A DNA stretch of 64,000 nt from an uncultured Spirochaetota bacterium (GTDB lineage Bacteria > Spirochaetota > Spirochaetia > SZUA-6 > Fen-1364): contig CAVTHO010000005.1 in assembly GCA_963734545.1 (NCBI GenBank), positions 608,001 through 672,000 on the forward strand, read 5' to 3'. The position numbers were made by a program, and so were the translations under genes. Below the pieces are notes generated by a model. That model saw nothing but the letters and a program-made list of their open reading frames with translations. It did no database searches and had not been told where the DNA came from. Of the stretch, positions 20,319 to 28,823 are shown one piece after another; position 1 is the stretch's first letter, and each line of letters starts with the position of its first letter.

Positions 20319-21717
20319 CAGCGGAAGAGACAGGACGGGGAAAGGCAACAATCGTCGTCATCGACGACGACGAAGCTGCCCGGCACTCCATCGGCCAGAT
20401 GCTGGGCCTGCGCGGGTGGGCGGTGGAGGTGTTCTCCTCGGCCGAAGCGGCCCTGGCCTGGCCCGGCCTCCGCGACGCCATGTGCATCGTCACCGACGTC
20501 AAGATGCCGGGGATGGACGGGGAGGAGCTCCTGGCCCATGTCACGGCCCTGCCCGGCGCGCCGCCCGTGGTGATGATGACCGGTCACGGCGATATCGCCA
20601 TGGCCGTGCGCTGTCTCAAGGCCGGTGCGTTCGACTTTGCCGAAAAACCCTTTGACGACGACGTGCTCCTTGCCTACGTGGGCAAGGCGGTGGAACAGAC
20701 GCGCCTGGTGCGGGAGGCCACGGACCTGCGCCGCAGGCTGACCCTGTTCTCCCCGGGGAAGACGGCAGGTTCGGCATGATCGGGAGGAGCCGCGCCATGC
20801 AGGACGTGTACGCCCAGGTGGAAGCCGCGGCGCGCGCGGATGCCCCCGTTCTCATTTCGGGGGAGACGGGCGTGGGAAAAGAGCTGGTGGCCAGGGCCAT
20901 CCACGCGCAAAGCCCGCGGGCGCACGGCCCGTTCGTGCCCGTGAACGCCGGCGCCCTGCCGGAGACGATGCTGGAAAGCGAGCTGTTCGGCCACACGAAG
21001 GGGGCATTCACCGGCGCGATGGGGGAAAGGGAAGGCAAGCTGGTGGCCGCCTCGGGCGGCACGCTGCTTCTCGATGAGATCGAGACGATTTCTCCGCGCG
21101 CCCAGGTGCAGCTCCTGCGCGTGCTGGATGACGGCGTCATGGAGGCGCTGGGCAGCGACAGGCCGCGCAAGGTGGACATCCGTCTCCTCTGCGCGTCGAA
21201 CGTGGACCTCGAGGCGGAGGTGCGGCGCGGAGTGATACGCGAGGACTTCTACCACCGGGTCATGGTGCTCAGCATCCACGTGCCCCCGCTGCGGGAGCGC
21301 GCGGAGGATGTTCCGCTCCTGGTCTCGCATTTCCTCAAGCTGGCGGCAGACAGGAACGGCGTGCCCGTGCCGGCGGTCGCGGAAGACACGCTTGCGCAGA
21401 TGATGCGCCATCATTGGCCGGGCAATGTGCGCGAGCTGAAGAACGCCGTCGAGCGGCTTGTCATCACCTCCCGGGCCGGGACGGCAGGCGGCTTCTCCCC
21501 GGACATGCGGTTCGACACGGAGAGGCTCCTGTCGCTGCCCGCGGGCCCCGGACGGCTCCGCGACGAGATGGAAAAAGTGGAGAAGGCTGTCCTGGAAGCG
21601 GCGCTCAGGGAGTGTCACGGGGAGATCAACGCGACCTGGCAGGCGCTGGGCATTTCCCGTCGCGCGCTGTACGAGCGGATGAAGAAGTACGGTCTGGACA
21701 GGGAAAGCTACAAATAA
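20315..21717 (+). CDS. sigma-54-dependent response regulator (NtrC/DctD family; frameshift ~20757)
   Basis: REC (TDVKMPGMDG), GETGVGKE, ESELFGHTKGAFTGA, WPGNVREL, Fis HTH. Confidence 0.9.
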
Positions 21718-21728
21718 GGGAGGCCAGG

Positions 21729-22839
21729 ATGACACACAGGGAGCGCGTCGCCATGTCCCTGCGCCATGAAACGCCCGACCGCTGCCCGATGCAGATCAGC
21801 TTCACTCCGGAGTTTGCCGCTGCGCTTCGCAGGCGCATTGATATTCCGCCAGGAGCGCATCATAACCCCCACGGCGGCGGGAACACCTACGAGCTGGAGC
21901 GCGCGCTGGGAGAGGACATGCTTCTCACCTCGGTGGGGTGGGCAAACAGCTACTACGCGAACGACACGTACAACCCGGGAATGGACACGTATCTCGACGA
22001 GTGGGGCATCCGCTGGAAAAACACGCGCTACTCCACGAGGTTCGGAGACGGGGTCTATACCGAAATCGTCGAACACCCCCTTTCCGGCGACTCGGCCATT
22101 GCCGGGTATCACGCGCCCGATCCCGACCGGCCCGAGCTGTATTCCGAGTCCGACTGGGTGCTGCGCACGTTTCAAGCACGAGTACTGGATCGTCGGGGTC
22201 ACGGTCACCACCATCTTCGAGACGGCGTGGGCCCTCCGCGGCTACGAGACATTGCTGATGGATTTTCTGACGGATCCCGAGCGCGCGGACGCGATTCTCG
22301 ACATTCCGTTCCGCTACCACTTGAGAGCCGCGGAGAAGCTCGCCCGCATGGGCGTCGACATGATCTGGACGGGAGACGACATCGGCGCCCAGAATGCCAT
22401 GCTCATCGCGCCGGAGACGTGGCGGCGGTTTCTCAAGCCCCGCATGGCCCGGCTCATCGCGGCGCTCAAGCGGATCAATCCTGCCCTCAAGGTGGCGTAT
22501 CATTCGGACGGCTGCATCTCACCCGTCATCCCCGAGCTGATCGAAATCGGCGTCGACGTTCTCAATCCCGTGCAGCCGAGAAGCATGGACCCCCTGCAGC
22601 TGAAAAAGCAGTACGGGGACCGCCTGTGCTTCTGGGGATCGATCGACGAACAGCAGACTCTGCCGTTCGGCGGACCCGAAGACGTGAGGAACGAGGTCAT
22701 CACCCGGCTCAGGACACTCGGCAGGGGCGGCGGCCTGATCATTGGGCCGACGCACCATGTCCAGCTGGACACGCCGGTGGAGAACGTCCAGGCGCTCGTG
22801 GATGCGGTGATCGGCACGCCGTACACATCAATCGAGTAG
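21729..22839 (+). CDS. Uroporphyrinogen decarboxylase / MtaA-CmuA family protein (frameshift ~22172)
   Basis: MTHRERV...PDRCP, DEWGIRW, GDDIGAQ, YHSDG, GSIDEQ, IGPTHHVQ. Confidence 0.82.
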
Positions 22840-22887
22840 ACTCTTCCGCTCCCTCATCCGTACTATATGATTCGAATGGAGGCGGGA

Positions 22888-23832
22888 ATGAAAGCAGTTC
22901 CCCTGGGAAACAGCGGCGCATCGGTCAGCCGCATCTGTCTTGGGGCAATGTTTTTCGGGAGCAAGACGGACCGGTCGATGTCCCACAGCCTGCTGGATTG
23001 CTACATCGATGCCGGGGGCTCTTTCATCGACACGGCGAACATCTACGCCTGGTGGGTCCCCGGGTTCACCGGCGGGGAGAGTGAGACCGTCCTGGGGGAG
23101 TGGATGCGGCAGCGGAAAAACCGCTCCCGGCTCTTTCTGGCTTCCAAGGTCGGCTTCGGCTACGGAAGCGTCAAGGGAGGGCTCACCGCCTCGCTGATAA
23201 AGTCCGAATGCGAGAAGAGCCTCAGGCGGCTCGGCGTGGAGACCATCGATCTCTACTTTGCCCACGTGGACGACAGGAAGACGCCGCAGGAGGAAACGCT
23301 CGAAGCGCTGCACCGCCTGGTCGACGAGGGAAAAGTGCGGTACCTCGGCGCCAGCAACTTCCTGGCGTGGCGGCTTGCCGAGGCGGAAGGGATCTGCAGG
23401 GCACGCTCCTGGGCAGGCTACTGCTGCGTGCAGCAGCGTTATTCATACCTGCGTCCCCAGCCGGGAACGACATTCGGAGCGCAGATCGCGGCCAACGACG
23501 ACCTGTTCGACTATTGTCAGGCGCAGGGAACGAGCCTCCTTGCCTACTCTCCTTTGCTGGGAGGGGTGTACAGCCGGGCGGATCGAAGCGTTCCGGAGCA
23601 GTACCGGGGGGCGGACACGGAAGCGCGGTTGTCCCGGCTGAAGAGCCTGGCACGGGACCTCGGAAAAACGGAAAACCAGATTGTCCTGGCATGGCTGATG
23701 CAGTGCAATCCTTCAGCCATCCCTTTGGCAGCAGGCAGCACGGTCGAACAGCTTCGAGAGGATCTTGCCGCGGATGAAATCAAGCTGACTGCAGACCAGG
23801 TGGCCTGGCTGAGCACGGCCGGGGCTGCGTAG
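22888..23832 (+). CDS. Aldo/keto reductase
   Basis: VSRICLGAM, FIDTANIY, SLRRLGVETIDLY, GASNF, YSPL. Confidence 0.92.
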   Translation: MKAVPLGNSGASVSRICLGAMFFGSKTDRSMSHSLLDCYIDAGGSFIDTANIYAWWVPGFTGGESETVLGEWMRQRKNRSRLFLASKVGFGYGSVKGGLTASLIKSECEKSLRRLGVETIDLYFAHVDDRKTPQEETLEALHRLVDEGKVRYLGASNFLAWRLAEAEGICRARSWAGYCCVQQRYSYLRPQPGTTFGAQIAANDDLFDYCQAQGTSLLAYSPLLGGVYSRADRSVPEQYRGADTEARLSRLKSLARDLGKTENQIVLAWLMQCNPSAIPLAAGSTVEQLREDLAADEIKLTADQVAWLSTAGAA

Positions 23833-24067
23833 TATAGCCGCAAGCCTCGCTTTCAGTGCGCTTTTCCCTCATGGGAGAATTATGCACAGCCAATGGGAGA
23901 CAAATACTGGTCCATTGCGCCACAGGTATCGGCGAATCTGCTTGAGCCGGAACAGAAATCCCGCAGCGGTCGTTCAACCTTTTGTCAGGGAAACATTTAG
24001 GAAGTAGCAGTAATATCTGAGCTCAATTCTCGATAGGTTTTCGATTAATCGAGAATTCCTTCACGAT

Positions 24068-24083
24068 TGGCATGCCATTTGCT
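24068..24083 (+). promoter_or_regulatory. sigma-54 (-24/-12) promoter of the hydrogenase operon
   Basis: TGGCATGCCATTTGCT matches TGGCA-N6-TTGCW with correct GG-N10-GC spacing, 25 bp upstream of the first ATG. Confidence 0.8.
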
Positions 24084-24108
24084 AACTGATATATTCGGCG
24101 AGGCGCTC

Positions 24109-24463
24109 ATGAAGGTGAAAGAGCTCGCAGAGCTCATCGATGCGCAACTGCATCTCGGCACATGCTCTGAAGACTCGGAGGTTTCCCGGGTTCACGCCTC
24201 CGACACGATGAGCGACCTCATCGAGCACGCTGCCGCGGACACTCTCCTTCTCACCACGCTCAACAACAATCAACTGATCCGTGTCGCCGAGCTGATGGAC
24301 GTGCCCGGGCATTTGCCTGGTGTGCGGAGCGGATCCCCTGCCCGAGCTCCTGGCGCGCGCGCACGCGGCAGGAACGGCGATCCTGGTCTCACCGGCCGGC
24401 CTGGAAGAGACCTGCCGGCTCCTGGAATCCCGTTCCGACAGCCTGAAGGTGACCAGGACATGA
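24109..24463 (+). CDS. DRTGG-domain protein (frameshift ~24310)
   Basis: MKVKELAELI...VHASDTMSDLI...LLLTTLNNNQLIRVAELMDVPGICLV. Restored stop overlaps the next ATG (ATGA). Confidence 0.75.
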
Positions 24464-26099
24464 TCACCCTCAGCTACCGGATCCAGGGCGGCGACTTCGA
24501 TTCTGCCGGCCTCGCGACCAGAAAACTGAAGGAGCAGCTCGCAAAAATCGGCGTCGGCGCGTGCGTCATGCGGCGCGCAATGATCGCCTCCTACGAGGCG
24601 GAGATGAACGTGGTCATCCATGCCCGGACCGGCACGCTCTGGGCCCGGCTGGATGAGGTGAAGCTCGACCTGGAGGTAGCGGACGAGGGTCCCGGGAATT
24701 CCCGACGTGCAGCTTGCCCTGCGGGAAGGCTGGTCCACGGCCTCCTCGCAGGCCCGGCAGATGGGTTTCGGCGCAGGGCTGGGCCTGCCGAATATCCGAA
24801 AGAACAGCGATCTTTTCGATATCGAGACACGGGTGGGCAGGGGAACCAGGATTCGGTCCACCATACTGCTCGGCGCGCGGGATGACGGCGGTGTCTCTCC
24901 GCTGCCTGTTCCCGCCTTCCTGTCGCTGGACCACGAGCGATGCCGCGCATGCCTGCGCTGCATTTTCGCCTGTCCCACGGCCGCGCTTCGTGTGCACGGG
25001 TCCCGGCCCGCCCTGCTGAACGAGCTGTGTGTCGGCTGCACTGCCTGCGCTGCGGAGTGCGCCGATGGGGTGTTCGGGATCGGCAGCCCTGACGCCGGCA
25101 GCGCCGCATCCCGCGGATCCGGCGCGGCGCTGCCGCCGGTTCCCCCGGACGCGGCCCTCGTGCTGCCGCGCGGCTTTCTTGCCGGGTTCCCGGTGGAGGG
25201 TTCCCCCGCGCGCGTCCTGGAGGCGCTCGGGGAGGCGGGTTTCACCGATATACGCCTGGCGGAGGAATGGGAACAGGCGCTGCGCCGTGAGGCGCGAGCG
25301 CGCGCCGCTTCAGGCAAAGGGCCCCTGCCCCTCATCCCGCCTTTCTGTCCGGCAGTCGTGGCCCTGGTGGAAAGCAGGTTTCCTTCGCTGATTCCCCATC
25401 TGGGCCCGTGGCTTTCTCCCCTGGAAGCGGCCGGGGAGGAGTTTCCCCTCCGACCGGTGTTCCTGGTGGCGGCCTGCGGCGCGCAATTTGCCGCGGCGGG
25501 GAGGACGAGCCTGACGGACCGGCTCACGGTTCTGACCCCCGCGCGCCTGGCCGCGGCTCTGCTCCCCGGCCTTACGCGCAAGCCCGCCCCTGCGTCGGCG
25601 GACGGTCAGCCGCGGGTGCGCCGGGGGCGATGCCCGCGCACGTCCGGCGGCGCCGGCCCGGAGAGCTCGCAGTCACGGGCGTGCGTCACGTGATGCGGGT
25701 GCTTTCGGAGGTCGAGGCGGGCGCCCTGGGCGGCGCGACGCTTCTCGAGCTCTCGCTCTGCGAGGGAGGGTGCGCGGGCTCGCCCCTTCTCTGCGCCGAC
25801 CCCTTTCTTTCCCTGCACCGCTGGCAGCGCGCGCCGATCGGCACCGCGCACAGCGACGCGGCGGCCGTGCCGAGGCAGAGACCCTACGCGCAGCGCCACG
25901 GGGTGAGGCTCGACGCGGACATGGGTGAGGCGATACGGAGGCTCGCGCGTATCGACGAGCTGGCGCGGACGCTGCCCGGCCGGGATTGCGGCGCGTGCGG
26001 CGCCCCCTCATGCGCGGCATTGCGGAAGACGTGGTCATGGGAAGGGCGCACGCAGACGGCTGCCCGCACCTCCCGGGACACAGAGAGGAGACACAATGA
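24460..26099 (+). CDS. RsbW/RsbT-type HATPase kinase fused to 2x[4Fe-4S], degenerate [FeFe]-hydrogenase domain and C-terminal FeS domain (frameshifts ~24697, ~25600-25660, ~26020)
   Basis: ASYEAEMNVVIHA, DEGPG, GFGAGLGLPNI; CRACLRCIFACP, CVGCTACAAEC; PFCPAVV, AACGAQ, ELSLCEGGCAGSP; LPGRDCGACGAPSC. Confidence 0.75.
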
Positions 26100-26446
26100 C
26101 CCTGGGCGATATCGCGAGGGCGATGGACATGGAGATCCTGACGCCGGCGCTTTCGGTGAACGGCGGAGAGGAGATCACGAGGGCACACGCCTCGGATCTG
26201 CTCAGCGAGGTGCTTGCGAACGCGCCTTCCGGCGGGCTGCTCCTGACGATCCAGGTGCACATGAACGTGATCGCGGTGGCGCTGCACGCGGGCCTCGCAG
26301 CGGTCGTATTCACCTCGGGCGTGCAGCCCGAGGAAGGTGTGCGGGTGCGCGCCACGAAGGAGGGGCTGCCGCTGCTGAGCACCCCCGAATCGACATTTGA
26401 TACGGCCGGAAAGCTGTACGCCATGGGGCTGCGGGGAAGGCCGTGA
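26096..26446 (+). CDS. DRTGG-domain protein
   Basis: AHASDLLSEVLANA...LTIQVHMNVIAVA...STFDTAGKLY. Confidence 0.85.
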   Translation: MTLGDIARAMDMEILTPALSVNGGEEITRAHASDLLSEVLANAPSGGLLLTIQVHMNVIAVALHAGLAAVVFTSGVQPEEGVRVRATKEGLPLLSTPESTFDTAGKLYAMGLRGRP

Positions 26447-27224
26447 ATGGTGCGCCTGGCTGCGGACATGCATATCCACACGGTGCTGTCTCCCTGCGCT
26501 TCGAGAGAGATGACGCCCCCCGCCATTGCGCGGGAAGCGGCGCGAAAGGGGATTGCATTGATCGCGGTCTGTGACCACAACAGCGCGGGAAACGTGAGTG
26601 CCGTTGCCGCAGCCGCGGCCGCCCTGCCGGACGGCCCCGCGGTCATTGCCGGGATCGAGATCACGACCGGGGAGGAAGCGCATGTCCTCGGCTTCTTTCC
26701 CACTCCGTCCGCCGCCTGCTCCGCTGCCGCGGAGGTGGCCGCGGGGCTCCCGCCCTGGCGCCCGCTCGCTGCCCGCACCTCGGCCTCGCCGGCGGCAGGC
26801 GGCAGCTCGCGAGCCCGAGCAGGAGCTCGTGGACGCGGACGGGAACCGGACGGGGATCGAGACCCGGATGCTTGCGGCGGCGAGCGGGTTCACGCTCTCC
26901 GCGGCAGTGGACCTCATTCACCGGTACGGCGGTCTTGCCGTGGCGGCCCACGTGGACCGCAGAAGCTTCAGCGTTCCCGGGCAGCTCGGCTTCATTCCGC
27001 CGGAGGTGCCGTTCGACGGCCTGGAAATCTCGGCGGCCGGCGCGGCACGAGGACGCACCGCGGATTTCGTTTCACACGGGCTCCCTCTGCTCAGCTCTTC
27101 CGACAGTCACTTCCTCGAGGAGATAGGCAGCGGCCTCACGGTGCTCGACGTGGAGGCGCCGGTTTTCTCCGAGCTGTGCAAAGCGCTGCGGGGTGTCGAA
27201 GGGAGGGGGTGCGCGATTGCGTGA
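26447..27224 (+). CDS. PHP-domain metal phosphoesterase (frameshift ~26800)
   Basis: ADMHIHTVLSPC, CDHNS, GIEITTGEEAH, AAHVDR, SSDSH. Confidence 0.85.
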
Positions 27225-27760
27225 GATAGCGCTGCACATCCTCGACCTGCTCGAGAATGCGATCCGGGCCGGTGCCACCGTCATTGCCGTCGACGTGGAG
27301 GAGGAGCCCGATCGCGATCTGCTCTGCATATCCGTGGAGGACAACGGCCCCGGACTCGGCGTGCCGGAAGAGACGGCCGCCGACCCGTTCTTCACCACCA
27401 AGGAAGGGAAGAAGACGGGACTCGGGCTCGCCATGCTGAAGTTTCGCGCCGAGCAGGCGGGGGAGCTTCCGCCTGGAACGATCCCTGCTGGGCGGGTGCG
27501 CCGTACGGGCGCGCATGCCCCTGTCGAACGTGGACAGGAGCCCGCTGGGTGACCTCGCTGCCACGTTCGCCTCCGTGGTGTGCACCAATCCGGGCATCGA
27601 GCTGCGCGCCCGGCTGCGCGTCGGCATCAGGGAATGGCGCGTCAGCTCTGCCGAGATTTCCCGGAGCCTGCCTGCCGGGAACAGGAGCGAGATCGCGGTT
27701 GCCCGGCGCATGAGAGAGAGAATAACGGAGGGTCTCGCGGCCCTTCATGTGTCGGAATAA
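27217..27760 (+). CDS. Stand-alone HATPase (histidine-kinase-like ATP-binding) protein (frameshift ~27462)
   Basis: TTG start, LHILDLLENAIRAGA, EDNGPG, DPFFTTK...GLGL, DRSPLGD. Confidence 0.82.
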
Positions 27761-27798
27761 CAAACTGCACGGGAACCGTGCGAGGGAAGGAGAACGGC

Positions 27799-28446
27799 AT
27801 GAACGAGCTTCACAGTAAGGCAGCGTGCCCCGAGACGGCGAGCGAAAAGGAGCTCATGGAGCGCCTGGACGCGACACTGGCGGAGTACAGGGAGAAACCG
27901 GGGGCCCTGATCCCCGTGCTGCAGATCGCGCAGGGCATATTCGGCTATCTGCCGGAGGCCGTGCTCAAGCGGATTGCGCTTCAGCTCGGCAAGTCCTACA
28001 GCGAGGTGGCGGGCGTCGTGGGATTCTACTCGTATTTCTCCACGATCCCCCGGGGCCGCCACCTGGTGCGCGTGTGCCTGGGAACTGCCTGCTACGTGCG
28101 CGGGGGGAAGCAGGTTCTCGAAAGCTGCCGGCAGGAGCTCGGGATAGATGTGGGCGGGACGACCGCTGACGGGCTCTTCACGCTGGAAGTGGCGCGCTGC
28201 TTCGGCGCCTGCGGCCTGGCGCCCACGATGATGATCGACGACGACGTGCATCAGCGGGTGAAACCGCAGAAACTGCGCGCGATCTTCTCGGGGTACCGGG
28301 AGGGAAGCGCAGGGAAGGAACGGGAGCCGGCGCGTGCGGCCTCGAAGAGCAGGGCACGTCCCAAGGCATCTCCGAAAGCGACTCCGAAAAAGAAGCCAGC
28401 GAAGAAGCACGCGACGAGCAGGAAAGAAAGGGTGGCGGCAAGATGA
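27799..28446 (+). CDS. hydC: [FeFe]-hydrogenase gamma subunit (NuoE-like) with basic C-terminal tail
   Basis: VCLGTACYVRGG, RCFGACGLAP, AAGGAG SD. Confidence 0.9.
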   Translation: MNELHSKAACPETASEKELMERLDATLAEYREKPGALIPVLQIAQGIFGYLPEAVLKRIALQLGKSYSEVAGVVGFYSYFSTIPRGRHLVRVCLGTACYVRGGKQVLESCRQELGIDVGGTTADGLFTLEVARCFGACGLAPTMMIDDDVHQRVKPQKLRAIFSGYREGSAGKEREPARAASKSRARPKASPKATPKKKPAKKHATSRKERVAAR

Positions 28447-28823
28447 GCGAAAAGATCACGAGCCCACAGGACCTCCTGAAGCTGCGCGATCAGGCCAGGG
28501 GCCAGGTCGAGCTGCGCGGAGGACACAAGGAGACCCAGGTGGTGGTGCACATGGGCACGTGCGGCATCGCGGCGGGCGCGCGCGACGTCGTCACGGAGCT
28601 CGTCTCTGCCCTGGACGCAAAATCCGTGCAGACCGTCACGGTGAGGCAGTCCGGCTGCATCGGTCTCTGCGACCAGGAGCCCATGCTCACCTACACGGAC
28701 AAGACGGGCCGCAATTTCCTGTACGTCAACCTCACCCGCGAAAAGGTACGGGAGTTCGTCCTGCGTCACATCATCGACGGGAAGCCCGTCGAGAAGTACA
28801 TCATGGAAGGAGACGCGAAATGA
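28443..28823 (+). CDS. hydD: Thioredoxin-like (2Fe-2S) ferredoxin subunit (HydD/HndB-like)
   Basis: HMGTCGIAAGAR, SGCIGLCDQEP, HIIDGKPV. Confidence 0.85.
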   Translation: MSEKITSPQDLLKLRDQARGQVELRGGHKETQVVVHMGTCGIAAGARDVVTELVSALDAKSVQTVTVRQSGCIGLCDQEPMLTYTDKTGRNFLYVNLTREKVREFVLRHIIDGKPVEKYIMEGDAK

